From Nocardioides sp. (GTDB lineage: Bacteria > Actinomycetota > Actinomycetes > Propionibacteriales > Nocardioidaceae): DNA of 41,169 nt. The stretch is taken from NCBI GenBank assembly GCA_025966445.1, contig JAICRP010000001.1, positions 1 through 41,169 on the forward strand, read 5' to 3'. Below are positions 1 through 9,164 of the stretch, piece by piece (the stretch's first letter is position 1; every line of letters begins with the position of its first letter). The position numbers and the translations under genes are program-made. The notes beneath the pieces were generated by a model that was not told the origin of the DNA, made no database searches, and saw only the letters and a list, made by a program, of their open reading frames with translations.

Positions 1-404
1 AAGAACAGCTGGTCCTTCTTTGCCCGCAGCTCGAAGCGCGAGTAGGCCCACGCCGCCGGGACCCCGAACAGCGTGGCCAGCGCCGTCGATCCCCCGGCCA
101 CGATGACGGAGTTGAGGAACGCGACGGACAGGTCCGAGCGACCGCCGCCGGCGGCGACGAACGCGTCCTTGTAGTGGTCGAGCGTGACCCTGAAGCCGAA
201 GAACTTGGCCGGGACGGCGTAGACGTCCCGGTTCTCCTTGATCGACGTCTCGAGGATCCACAGCACCGGGAAGAGCATGGCGATCGCCAGCGCGGCGAGC
301 AGGACGACCTCGACCACCGCGCGGCCCCGACCACCACGGCGGGAGCGTGGCGGATCGTCGGGAACGGGACCGGTGGGCACGGCCTCCTGGATGGAGATGG
401 CCAT
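1..404 (-). CDS. Carbohydrate ABC transporter permease (MalG-type), 5' part; continues off the left edge
   Basis: Manual translation from ATG at 404: MAISIQEAV...VVLLAALAIAMLFPVLWILETSIK...FLNSVIVAGGSTALATLFGVPAAWAYSRF. Start overlaps the stop of the upstream permease. Confidence 0.9.
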   Translation of the reverse strand, partial: MAISIQEAVPTGPVPDDPPRSRRGGRGRAVVEVVLLAALAIAMLFPVLWILETSIKENRDVYAVPAKFFGFRVTLDHYKDAFVAAGGGRSDLSVAFLNSVIVAGGSTALATLFGVPAAWAYSRFELRAKKDQLF

Positions 405-1342
405 CAGCCCTCCTTGAGCTTGTTGAGGTAGCGCAGGTAGAGCTGCGCAAGGACGATGACGACCAGGACCATGAGGATCCCGTACGCCGAGGCGACGCCG
501 GTGTTGAAGCCGAGGAACGCGACCTTGTAGACGTGGAACGACAGCGTCTCGGTGGACACCCCCGGACCCCCGCTGGTGAGGATGTACACGAGGTCGAAGA
601 GCCGGAAGGCCTCGATGGCCCGGAACATCACGGCGATGAGCAGCAGCGGCCACACCAGCGGCAGGGTGATGTTGCGGAAGCGGAACCACTCCGACGCCCG
701 GTCGATGGAGGCGGCCTCGTACAGGTACTTGGGCACCGCCGTCAGGCCGGCGAGCGCGATCAGCATGATGAACGGCGTCCACTGCCAGGTGTCGACCACG
801 ATCAGGGAGAGCAACGCGGTGCGCTGCCGCGTGAGCCACTCCACCTGCCCGAACCCGAGCGAGCCCAGCATGCTGTTGATCACGCCGAACTGCGCGTCGA
901 GCATGAAGCGCCAGAACAGCCCGACCACCACCGGTGAGAGCATCATCGGCACCAGGAACAGGGTGGTGAGCACTCCCCGTCCGTGGGTGCGCCGCGAGAT
1001 GAGGTAGGCGATGGCGAAGCCCAGCACGGTCTGCAGGGTGACCGCACCGATGACGTAGATCAGCGTCGTCAGGGCCCGCTGGCGCACCTGCGCCGAGGTC
1101 AGGATGTCGATGTAGTTCTGCAGCCCGACGAAGTTGGCGGGCACGTCCCGCGTGGCCGAGTAGTCGGTGAACGACAGGTAAAGCGCCCACAGCAAGGGGA
1201 AGACGGACATCGCGAGCAGCAACAGCATCGCCGGGGAGATGAAGGCCACGGCGAGCCCGCGGTCGCTGAGGCGGCGGGACCGCCCCGGTGCAGGCGGCGT
1301 CGTGGACGCCTCCTGCACCGGGTGGTCGGTCGTCGTGCTCAT
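404..1342 (-). CDS. Carbohydrate ABC transporter permease (MalF-type)
   Basis: Multiple hydrophobic helices, WQWTPF and EAA loop (LYEAASIDRASEWFRFRNITLP). Confidence 0.95.
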   Translation of the reverse strand: MSTTTDHPVQEASTTPPAPGRSRRLSDRGLAVAFISPAMLLLLAMSVFPLLWALYLSFTDYSATRDVPANFVGLQNYIDILTSAQVRQRALTTLIYVIGAVTLQTVLGFAIAYLISRRTHGRGVLTTLFLVPMMLSPVVVGLFWRFMLDAQFGVINSMLGSLGFGQVEWLTRQRTALLSLIVVDTWQWTPFIMLIALAGLTAVPKYLYEAASIDRASEWFRFRNITLPLVWPLLLIAVMFRAIEAFRLFDLVYILTSGGPGVSTETLSFHVYKVAFLGFNTGVASAYGILMVLVVIVLAQLYLRYLNKLKEG

Positions 1343-1351
1343 GGGGTCAGA

Positions 1352-2785
1352 TCACAGCCCGCCGCCGCCACCGGAGTCCAGCACCTCTTGCTGCTCCGTG
1401 GCGATGTCGTCGAGTGCTTCCTCGGGGTCCTTGGCCCCGTTGAGAGCGGCGTTGACGTTGGTGTTCTCGATGTCGATGAGGCGGGCGTACTCGGGCACGT
1501 TCCACATGTCGCGCAGGCGGGAGACCGAGTCGGCGTACACCTGGCTGAACGGTCCGGCGTCGAGGAACTCCGACGACTCGAGGGCGTCGGTGCGCGACGG
1601 CACCCCGCCCGCCGCGGCCCACTTCTTCTGCACGTCGGCCTGCTCGAACCACTTCATGAAGTTCAGGGCCTCCGCCTGGGCCTCGTCGGAGGCGTAGGCC
1701 GAGATGTGCATGCCCATCCCACCGAGAGGAACGAAGTCGGTGTCCTGGGTCGGCAGGGTCGCGAAGCCGAGCTTGCTCTCGATCTCCTCGGGCGTGCTGC
1801 CCAGCGTCGACTGTTCGGGGTCGAGGAGGCCGCCGCTCGCGGCGATCCACTGGAACGCGATGCATGCCTTGCCCTGGGCCACGGCGGCGTTCACCTCGTC
1901 GATGAACCAGTTGCCGGAGCCCTTGGCGGTCAGCGGCTTCATCTCGTTGACCAGGACGTCCATGGCCTTCTGGCCGGCGTCGTCATTGATGACCCCTTCG
2001 ATCTGCTTGTCCGCAGACTCCCAGAGGTTGCCGCCGTAGACGCCGTTGACCGTGTTGTAGGTGACCGCGGCGGCGTCGGAGCCGTTGGCCTGGTGGAAGG
2101 CCAGCCCGCTGACTCCGGGGTTCTCGTCCTGGCACTTCTGGGCAGCGGCGATCATCTCGTCCCACGTCTCTGGGGGCTCCTCGCCGATCAGGTCCTTGCG
2201 GTAGATCATCGTCCAGGTGTCGCCGAGCAGCGGCAGGCCGTACATGCTGGCGTTCTCGTCGCGCTGCCCCGTCTCGGCCTGGGGGTACTGGCCGTAGGCC
2301 GCCAGCAGGTAGGGGTCGTAGGCGTCGACGTCGATGTTCTCGTTGACGAAGTCGGTGATGTCGAGGATGTTGCCGTTCGTCACGGCCTCGCCGATGTGCT
2401 GGGAGTCCAGGATCGCGACGTCGAAGTCGGTCTGCCGGGCCGCGAACTGCGTGAACATGGCGTCGTGCCAGTTGGCGTTGGGCACCGTGTTGACCTCGAT
2501 GGTCACGTTCGGCCGGTCCTTGGTGTACTCGGCGTTAGCGAAGTCCTCCAGCGCCTGGGCCGGGGGCCACTCGAACCAGATGAACTTCAGGGTCAGCGGG
2601 TCGTCGGTCAGCTCGGGGACGGTCGCCGGCGCCTTGGGGCCGCTCGCCTCCGCGTCGCCTCCTCCCCCGCCGCTGTCGTCACCCCCGCCGCAGGCCGCCA
2701 GGGCCGTGGCCATCACGATGGCCGCCGCCGCCAACCGCACCGGCCGGCCGGGAAGGTTCCGTCGTCCCATTCTGATGTTCCGCAT
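1352..2785 (-). CDS. Sugar ABC transporter substrate-binding lipoprotein (family 1)
   Basis: Lipobox LAAC, YGLP and YRKDL..PPETWDEM motifs; SD GGAG upstream; precedes two permeases. Confidence 0.93.
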   Translation of the reverse strand: MRNIRMGRRNLPGRPVRLAAAAIVMATALAACGGGDDSGGGGGDAEASGPKAPATVPELTDDPLTLKFIWFEWPPAQALEDFANAEYTKDRPNVTIEVNTVPNANWHDAMFTQFAARQTDFDVAILDSQHIGEAVTNGNILDITDFVNENIDVDAYDPYLLAAYGQYPQAETGQRDENASMYGLPLLGDTWTMIYRKDLIGEEPPETWDEMIAAAQKCQDENPGVSGLAFHQANGSDAAAVTYNTVNGVYGGNLWESADKQIEGVINDDAGQKAMDVLVNEMKPLTAKGSGNWFIDEVNAAVAQGKACIAFQWIAASGGLLDPEQSTLGSTPEEIESKLGFATLPTQDTDFVPLGGMGMHISAYASDEAQAEALNFMKWFEQADVQKKWAAAGGVPSRTDALESSEFLDAGPFSQVYADSVSRLRDMWNVPEYARLIDIENTNVNAALNGAKDPEEALDDIATEQQEVLDSGGGGGL

Positions 2786-2866
2786 CTGTTCTCCTGCTTC
2801 CTGCTTCCTGGATCGGGTGTTGCCGGTCTTCCCGAGGGAATCTGCTGGGTGTTGCCGGGTGCGTGG

Positions 2867-4342
2867 CTACCAGGACGTCGCGACGTACTGGGTCTCCATG
2901 AACTCGAGGAGTCCTTCCGTGCTCCCCTCGCGACCGAGGCCGCTCTGTTTGGTGCCCCCGAAGGGCGCGGCGGGATCCGAGACCAGACCTCGGTTGAGGC
3001 CGACCATGCCGCTCTCGATGCCTTCCGCCAGGCGGAGGCCGCGAGCCAGGTCGCCGGTATAGAGGTAGCTCACCAACCCGAACGTCGTGTCGTTCACCAT
3101 GGCCAGCACCTCCTCCTCGCGCTCGAAGCGGACGACCGGGGCGACCGGACCGAAGACCTCCTCGTGCAGGACACGGGCGTCCAGCGGCACGTCGACCAGC
3201 ACGGTGGGCGGGTAGAAGCAGCCCGGACCGTCGGCTGGTCGGCCACCCAGCAGGGCCCGGGCGCCCCGGTCGAGCGCGTCCCGCACGAGCACGTCGACCT
3301 TGCGAACGGCCTCGTCGTTGATGAGGGGGCCGCACTGGGTGGACTCGTCCGTGCCTGGACCGACCTGCACCGCCGCCATGCGGGCGACGAGCCCCTCCAC
3401 GAAGGCGTCGTGGACGGGAGCCTGGACGAAGAACCGGTTCGCGGCCGTGCACGCCTGGCCGCCGTTGCGCATCTTGGCGACCATGGCGCCGTCGACCGCG
3501 GCGTCGACGTCGGCGTCGGCGAGCACGACGAAGGGGGCGTTGCCTCCGAGCTCCATCCCGCACTTGAGGACCTGGTCGGCTGCCGTGCGCAGCAGCAGGC
3601 GCCCCACCTCCGTGGACCCGGTGAAGGACAGCATGCGGGTGCGCGGATCGGTGAGCATGGCCTCCACGACGGGACCGGGGTCGGAGGTGGTGACGACGTT
3701 GAGCACTCCAGGCGGGAGTCCGGCCTCCAGGAGCAGCGCGGCCACCGCCAGAGCCGTGAGTGGTGTCTCGGCTGCGGGCTTGAGCACGGCCGTGCACCCG
3801 GCGGCCAGGGCCGGCGCGATCTTGCGGGTGGCCATGGCGGCGGGGAAGTTCCACGGGGTGATGAGCACGCTGACACCGACGGGCTGGTGGGTCACCACCA
3901 GGCGGTTGGCCCCGCCCGGCGATCGGCCCACCTGACCGCGCAGACGGACGCCCTCCTCGGCGTACCAGCGGAAGAACTCTGCGGCATAGCTCACCTCGGA
4001 CCGCGCATCCGCCAGGGACTTGCCGTTCTCGAGGCTGATGAGCCGGGCGAGCTCCTCACTCCTGTCGAGCATGAGGTGGAACGCCCGCATCAGCAGGTCG
4101 GCGCGGGCACGGGGAGCGGTCGCCGCCCACTCCGCGGCCGCCTCCGACGCGGCACCGATCGCGGCCGCGGCGTCCCCGGCGTCGGCATCCGCCACCGAGG
4201 CGAGGACCAGGCTCGTCGCCGGGTCGGCGACATCGAGCCGTCGCCCGCTGGCGGCGGGACGCCAGACACCTGCCACCAACAGCTCGGTCGGCACCTCGAT
4301 CGAGTCGACCAGCGTGCTCATGGTCGCGTCCGTGACGGTCAT
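2867..4342 (-). CDS. NAD(P)-dependent aldehyde dehydrogenase, succinate-semialdehyde dehydrogenase (GabD)-like
   Basis: ITPWNFP, SFTGSTEVG, MELGGNAP, catalytic Cys in GQACTAANR, EEVFGP, PFGGTKQSGLGREG; ATG at 4342 overlaps the upstream stop. Confidence 0.92.
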   Translation of the reverse strand: MTVTDATMSTLVDSIEVPTELLVAGVWRPAASGRRLDVADPATSLVLASVADADAGDAAAAIGAASEAAAEWAATAPRARADLLMRAFHLMLDRSEELARLISLENGKSLADARSEVSYAAEFFRWYAEEGVRLRGQVGRSPGGANRLVVTHQPVGVSVLITPWNFPAAMATRKIAPALAAGCTAVLKPAAETPLTALAVAALLLEAGLPPGVLNVVTTSDPGPVVEAMLTDPRTRMLSFTGSTEVGRLLLRTAADQVLKCGMELGGNAPFVVLADADVDAAVDGAMVAKMRNGGQACTAANRFFVQAPVHDAFVEGLVARMAAVQVGPGTDESTQCGPLINDEAVRKVDVLVRDALDRGARALLGGRPADGPGCFYPPTVLVDVPLDARVLHEEVFGPVAPVVRFEREEEVLAMVNDTTFGLVSYLYTGDLARGLRLAEGIESGMVGLNRGLVSDPAAPFGGTKQSGLGREGSTEGLLEFMETQYVATSW

Positions 4343-5613
4343 CGCGCACCCGCCGACGAGGTCAGGTCCGGAGAGGGCCGGTCCGGCCGGGCTTCCCGCA
4401 GGGCCGCTCGGTCGCCGGCATGGGCGGCGCGGATGATCGCCTCGAGGGTGTCGACGTCGAGCGGACGCGGGTTGTTCGCGACCAGCCTCGCGGCTCCCAT
4501 CGCCTGCTCGGCGGTCCACCGCAGGCGGTCCGCGGGGACTCCGAGGTCGGCGAGCGTCGAGGGGATCCCCACCGACGCCAGCAGGGCGGCCACCCGGTCG
4601 ATCGCCTGGTCCGCCAGGTCCTCGGGCGACGCGTCCGCGCGAGCTCCCATCGCCAGCGCCACGGCGGCCATCTCGACGACCCGCACGGAACGGTTGAACT
4701 CCATCACGTACGGCAGGAGGGCCCCGACGCCGACCCCGTGGGGCGTGTGCGTGAGGGCTCCGACGGGGTACTGGATGGCGTGCGCGGCCGCGGTGCCGGC
4801 AGAGCCGAGGGCGAAACCACCGGCGGAGGCCCCGAGCATCATCGCTTCACGCGCTGCCATGTCGTCGGGGCGCGACCAGGCGCGGTGCAGGCTGCCCGAG
4901 ATCAGCCGCACGCCCAGGAGGGCGAAGGTGTCGGTCAGCTCGTTCTTGCCGACGAACACGCGTTCGGTGGCCAACGCGGACGTCACCGGATGCCGCACCG
5001 CGGTGAACGCCTCGACCACGTGCGAGAGGGCGTCGGCACCGGCGCTCGCGGTCAGGGCCGGAGGGCAGCCGAGCGTGAGCTCGGGGTCGCACACGGCGGT
5101 GTGGGGGATGATGTGGGGGCTGGAGATCCCCACCTTGCTGACGCGCTCGGGATCGGTCAGGACGGCGACCGGAGTCACCTCGGACCCGGTGCCGGCCGTG
5201 GTGGGCAGGGCGACGACGGGAACCACGGGGCCGGGCACCCGGAGCTCCCCGTAGTAGTCGGACGCCTGGCCGCCGTGCGTGAGGACCACGGCCACCGCCT
5301 TGGCGAGGTCGAGGCAGCTCCCCCCTCCCATGCCGACCACGACGTCGGGGTCCACCCGGGCCGCCAGCTCCGCGCACTGCGTCACCTGGTGCACGGGGAC
5401 ATCGGGCAGCACCTCGGTGAACGTCGTCACCCGCACACCGGCGCCCTCGAGCAGCTGGACCAGGTCGGCGAACTCTCGGGTGCTCCCGAAGCGCGCGTCG
5501 GTGCAGACCAGAGCGCGGGACCCCAGCGCCGCGGTCACCGTTCCCAGAGCGTGGCGCTGCCCGGCTCCGAACAGGACCTGTCGCGGTCCGCGCAGGACGC
5601 CGAACATGCTCAT
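4339..5613 (-). CDS. Iron-containing (group III) alcohol dehydrogenase
   Basis: GGGSCLDLAK, PTTAGTGSEVT, metal ligands in DALSH and HAIQY...PHG; start set at ATG 5613 after GGAG. Confidence 0.93.
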   Translation of the reverse strand: MSMFGVLRGPRQVLFGAGQRHALGTVTAALGSRALVCTDARFGSTREFADLVQLLEGAGVRVTTFTEVLPDVPVHQVTQCAELAARVDPDVVVGMGGGSCLDLAKAVAVVLTHGGQASDYYGELRVPGPVVPVVALPTTAGTGSEVTPVAVLTDPERVSKVGISSPHIIPHTAVCDPELTLGCPPALTASAGADALSHVVEAFTAVRHPVTSALATERVFVGKNELTDTFALLGVRLISGSLHRAWSRPDDMAAREAMMLGASAGGFALGSAGTAAAHAIQYPVGALTHTPHGVGVGALLPYVMEFNRSVRVVEMAAVALAMGARADASPEDLADQAIDRVAALLASVGIPSTLADLGVPADRLRWTAEQAMGAARLVANNPRPLDVDTLEAIIRAAHAGDRAALREARPDRPSPDLTSSAGAR

Positions 5614-5693
5614 GGGAGCTCCGGAGGTAGATGATGGAGGATGAGGAGGCAACCGGTCCGTTACTCTGCAATCGAGCGAGGCTCGATTTCATA

Positions 5694-5743
5694 TACGATC
5701 CGATTGGGCCCAGAGCATGGGCCAGTGGAGCGGCCGCTGTCAA
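5694..5743 (-). promoter_or_regulatory. Sigma70-type promoter (TTGACA-18-CATGCT) with palindromic operator at 5694-5708, for the ADH-ALDH-ABC operon
   Basis: Plus-strand TGTCAA at 5738-5743 and TACGATC-C-GATTGGG at 5694-5708; the same layout recurs at 18786-18834. Confidence 0.65.
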
Positions 5744-5779
5744 CAGGTTCAGCGACATGAGAAGGGGGACCAGCGCGAA

Positions 5780-6520
5780 GTGAACGGCGAGGCGACACGC
5801 GGCCGGGACGACGAGCCGACCGCGGAGGGGCAAGGCCCGCCGAGCGCACGACCGCGCGGACGGTTGGCCGACGAGGTCCACGACACGCTGCTGGCCCAGC
5901 TGATGTCGCTGCGGATCGTGCCGGACTCGCGGGTCACGATCGACGCGCTGGCGCGTGAGCTGGGGGTCTCGCAGACGCCGATCCGGGACGCCCTGAACCG
6001 CATGGAGGCGGACGGTCTCGTCGTGCGCGTGCCACACGCCGGCTACCGGATCCCCCCGCAGATCACCCGCGAACGTTTCGAGGACATGCTCGAGATCCGC
6101 CTGCTGCTCGAGCCTGCAGCAGCCAGGAAAGCAGCGGAAAGAGCCTCTGCAGAGCAGGTGGCGGGTCTGCGGCGCATGCTCGAGGAGATGGCCGAGCTGG
6201 TGGAGGGCGACGGACACGTGGCCTACGGCGCGTTCGGCCTCCGCGACGCCGCCTTCCACGACCTCGTCGCCGAGACTGCCGGCAACAAGGTCGTCCGCGA
6301 GGCGCTCGCCCGTCTGCACACCCACGTGCACCTGTTCCGCCTCCTCTACGACAAGCAGGTCACCTACCTGGCCATGGGAGAGCACGACGCCGTCATCGCC
6401 GCGGTCGCCGCCCGCGACCCGGACGCCGCCGCCTACGCGATGCGTCGGCACATCCTGTTGTCGGGCGACCGCTTCCGCCGCCTGTTCGACGAGGTCGAGA
6501 GTGCGGCCGATCCGGCGTGA
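5780..6520 (+). CDS. GntR family (FadR/VanR-type, FCD domain) transcriptional regulator
   Basis: wHTH LARELGVSQTPIRDALNRMEADGLV; FCD motifs DAAFH, GN, EHDAVIAA; GTG at 5780 with GAAGGGGG SD. Confidence 0.93.
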   Translation: MNGEATRGRDDEPTAEGQGPPSARPRGRLADEVHDTLLAQLMSLRIVPDSRVTIDALARELGVSQTPIRDALNRMEADGLVVRVPHAGYRIPPQITRERFEDMLEIRLLLEPAAARKAAERASAEQVAGLRRMLEEMAELVEGDGHVAYGAFGLRDAAFHDLVAETAGNKVVREALARLHTHVHLFRLLYDKQVTYLAMGEHDAVIAAVAARDPDAAAYAMRRHILLSGDRFRRLFDEVESAADPA

Positions 6521-6525
6521 AGGGC

Positions 6526-6575
6526 TTGACGCAGCGTCCTGGCCGGGTAGCCTATGCCGGTCGAATCAGATTGGA
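6526..6575 (+). promoter_or_regulatory. Promoter (TTGACG-16-TAGCCT) with palindromic operator at 6561-6575
   Basis: TTGACG 6526-6531, TAGCCT 6548-6553, TCGAATC-A-GATTGGA 6561-6575. Confidence 0.65.
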
Positions 6576-6622
6576 TTTGACGTGATGTGGTTCACAGACC
6601 CCCTGACTGCGAGGAGAAACAG

Positions 6623-7192
6623 GTGCCCAGAGCGCTGCTTCTGACCGGCGACGCCGCCGAGGAGCTCGACACCATGTACCCCTACTACCGCGTGCAGGAG
6701 GGCGGGTGGGACGTCGACGTGTCGTCGCGGACGATGCGCGACGTGCAGCTGGTCATCCACGAGTTCGACCCCAACTCCGACGCGTACGTCGAGAAGAACG
6801 GCCGCAAGCTGCCGGTGGACGTGCCCTGGGCCGACGTCGACGTCGCCCGCTACGACGCCCTCATCATTCCCGGCGGTCGCGCACCCGAGTGGATCCGGGT
6901 CGACGCCGACGTCCGACGAATCACCGAGCACTTCTTCGCGCAGGACCTCCCGATCGCGCTGGTGTGTCACGGAGCGCAGGTGCCGGCGGTGTACGGGCTG
7001 CTGAAGGGCCGCAAGACCGCGTGCTTCCCACCCATCACCGGCGACATGGAGAACGCGGGGGCCACGGTCATCGACGCCCCGGACGTCGTGGACGGCAACC
7101 TCGTCTCCTGCCGAGGGTGGCCCGACATGCCCCAGTTCGGCCGGGCGATGATGGACCTGTTCGCCAAGCACGTCGACTCCACCTCGGCATGA
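6623..7192 (+). CDS. DJ-1/PfpI family protein (glyoxalase III/deglycase-like)
   Basis: GDAAEELD (Glu), YDALIIPGGRAPE, nucleophile elbow VCHG, VDGNLVS; GTG at 6623 with GAGGAG SD. Confidence 0.93.
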   Translation: MPRALLLTGDAAEELDTMYPYYRVQEGGWDVDVSSRTMRDVQLVIHEFDPNSDAYVEKNGRKLPVDVPWADVDVARYDALIIPGGRAPEWIRVDADVRRITEHFFAQDLPIALVCHGAQVPAVYGLLKGRKTACFPPITGDMENAGATVIDAPDVVDGNLVSCRGWPDMPQFGRAMMDLFAKHVDSTSA

Positions 7193-7211
7193 GCACGGCC
7201 GTCCACCCTCG

Positions 7212-8024
7212 GTGACGGAGCCGCGGACCGTCGTCGTCGACGGCTCGCCTGTCCACGTCCTCGACGAGGGCGACGGCCCGGCGGTCCTGCTCCTGCACGG
7301 CTCCGGGCCAGGGACCACGGGCTCCGGAGCGTGGGGAGCAACGGCCGAGGCACTGCGCGGCTCGTGGCGCCTGGTGGCTCCCGACCAGGCAGGGTTCGGC
7401 CGGACACCGCTCCCGCCGGGCTCGAGGGGCGGGTTGCGCCTGTGGACCGAGCAGGCCGCGCGACTGATGGATGCCATGGGGGTCGAGTCCTACGCGGTCG
7501 TGGGCCATTCGATGGGCGGTGCCGTGGCCTTGTCGTTGGCGGGCGCCCGCCCGCAGCAGGTCACCGCCGTGGTTGCGGTCTCGACGATGGGAGCCCCGGG
7601 AGCGCCGCTGTCGGCCGAGCTCGACGCCGTCTGGGCCGCCCCCGCCGGGCCGCAGGGGGCGCGCGAGATGCTCGGACGCTTGTTCTTCGACCAGTCCCTG
7701 GTCACCGAGGCGGCCGTCGCCTCTCGCGCCCAGGCCATCCAGGCAGGTGCATCCGCGTTCGCGTCACTGTTTCCCCCGCCAAGGGCGCGATGGGCGGAGG
7801 ACCTGACCTTGTCGGTGCAGACGCTGGAAGAGATCAAGGCACCCGTGCTGCTGGTCCACGGCGCCGAGGACCGCGTCACCCCGTTGGGCTCAGCGGCCCT
7901 CCCTCTGCTCGAGCGCCTGGCGGATGTCCGGTTGCACGTGCTTGAGGGATGTGGGCACGTGCCGGCGGTCGAGCTCCCTCAAGACTTCCAACGCCTCCTT
8001 GCGGAGTTTCTCGCCCGGCCGTGA
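7212..8024 (+). CDS. Alpha/beta fold hydrolase (MhpC/BphD-like scaffold)
   Basis: LLHGSGPG, GHSMGG (Ser), HGAEDRVTP (Asp), CGH (His). Confidence 0.9.
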   Translation: MTEPRTVVVDGSPVHVLDEGDGPAVLLLHGSGPGTTGSGAWGATAEALRGSWRLVAPDQAGFGRTPLPPGSRGGLRLWTEQAARLMDAMGVESYAVVGHSMGGAVALSLAGARPQQVTAVVAVSTMGAPGAPLSAELDAVWAAPAGPQGAREMLGRLFFDQSLVTEAAVASRAQAIQAGASAFASLFPPPRARWAEDLTLSVQTLEEIKAPVLLVHGAEDRVTPLGSAALPLLERLADVRLHVLEGCGHVPAVELPQDFQRLLAEFLARP

Positions 8025-8272
8025 ACGAGGAGCTCGTCCAGGACACCGTCAGAGGTTTGGGCCAGGTCTATCGCGCCGGCGACCGCGGTGATCCATCGCG
8101 AGGTTGCCGAGCGCTCGTGGGGCTGGGTGCTGACGCCAGTGCGGCGGGGCGCTGGCGGGGTGTGGCTCACCGAGCACCCGGATCAGACCGAGCCGGGCGA
8201 TTACATCTGTGCAGTGAGGAGCGTGGCTCGTCGAGCGGCCGGCCGCGAGGGCGGCGGGCGGGGACGGCAGGG

Positions 8273-8400
8273 TCAGCCGATGTGCTCCATCGCAACTCGC
8301 CACACGCCATCAGGCTCCTTGCGCCAGACGAGCAAGCCCCGCACCTCGATCCTCGTCGGCTGGTCCTCCGGCCCGCTGACCCAGGCCACGTGTGTAGCCC
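8273..8400 (-). pseudogene. 3' remnant of an NTF2/SnoaL-like (DUF4440/YybH-type) gene
   Basis: C-terminus RGLLVWRKEPDGVWRVAMEHIG* resembles the family terminal strand pattern; no credible N-terminal half. Confidence 0.55.
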
Positions 8401-8537
8401 TTGAGCCGCGGCCGGGTCGCCGCGCTGTCAAGTCCCGAGCGGGACAAACCCACCACAGCATGAGCGTTCGTCGTCCGCCTGACTTGAGCCCAAGGCGTTG
8501 GTCAAGGTCGCCCTGACGAGGCTGCCGGCTCCGGCGG

Positions 8538-9164
8538 TCATCGTTCAGCTGGGTGTGCGGCGGCCCGACGTCGACGGTGCATCAGTGCCAGCGCGGGAAC
8601 GGTGCCGAGCAGGACCAGTCCTACCGGCAGGACCGCCGCGCGTCCCCGCTGCCACCACTTGTCCTCTTCCGTCACCGCAGCCGACGCACTGACGTCGCCA
8701 CCCTCCGAACCACCGTTGCCTGCTGCGGCGGCACGCGAGGCCACCACGAAGCGCACTTCCCCACGCACGTCGTGACCGTCCGCCGACACGACGAAGTACT
8801 CCAACAGGTACTCACCGTCCGGGCCGGCCCAGAGGGTCTGGCTGACTTCTGGCCCGAGGGAGGTGGCAGCACCATTCGTGACGCTCCCGTCCGGCCCGAC
8901 CACCGTGATCTCTCGAATCGTGGCGACGGTGTCGGAGAAGGTGAGGCGGGCGCGCGACGGCAGGGCCTCGACCACCGCGTCCTCCGCCGGGTCGGAGTAG
9001 AGCAGTGCCCCATGGGCGGCTGCCGGGGGTGCGGGCACCCATCCGACAATGGCGGCGACGAGCAGGACCGTCAGGGCGACCACGCGGGACGTTTCGGACG
9101 GCGCAGCCCTTGGACGGACGACGGGACGGGGAACGGCTGGCGCTCCTCGGGTCGAGCGGGTCAT
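8538..9164 (-). CDS. copC: CopC copper-binding protein with C-terminal membrane anchor
   Basis: Signal peptide ending AAA-H, HxxLxxSDP, LTFS, VVSADGH, then a hydrophobic helix and RRRR tail. Confidence 0.9.
   Translation of the reverse strand: MTRSTRGAPAVPRPVVRPRAAPSETSRVVALTVLLVAAIVGWVPAPPAAAHGALLYSDPAEDAVVEALPSRARLTFSDTVATIREITVVGPDGSVTNGAATSLGPEVSQTLWAGPDGEYLLEYFVVSADGHDVRGEVRFVVASRAAAAGNGGSEGGDVSASAAVTEEDKWWQRGRAAVLPVGLVLLGTVPALALMHRRRRAAAHPAER

Noticed and set aside
983-5254. 1423-aa plus-strand ORF, and similar long ORFs such as 26633-28402, 32251-34143 and 37617-39338
   Set aside because: Antisense shadows of well-supported genes, expected in high-GC DNA; no recognisable motifs.
5631-5783. 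50-codon plus-strand ORF after GGAGG, containing TTA/AGA/AGG codons and ending on the gntR start
   Set aside because: It runs through promoter and operator DNA with non-coding-like codon usage; likely chance without ribosome profiling evidence.
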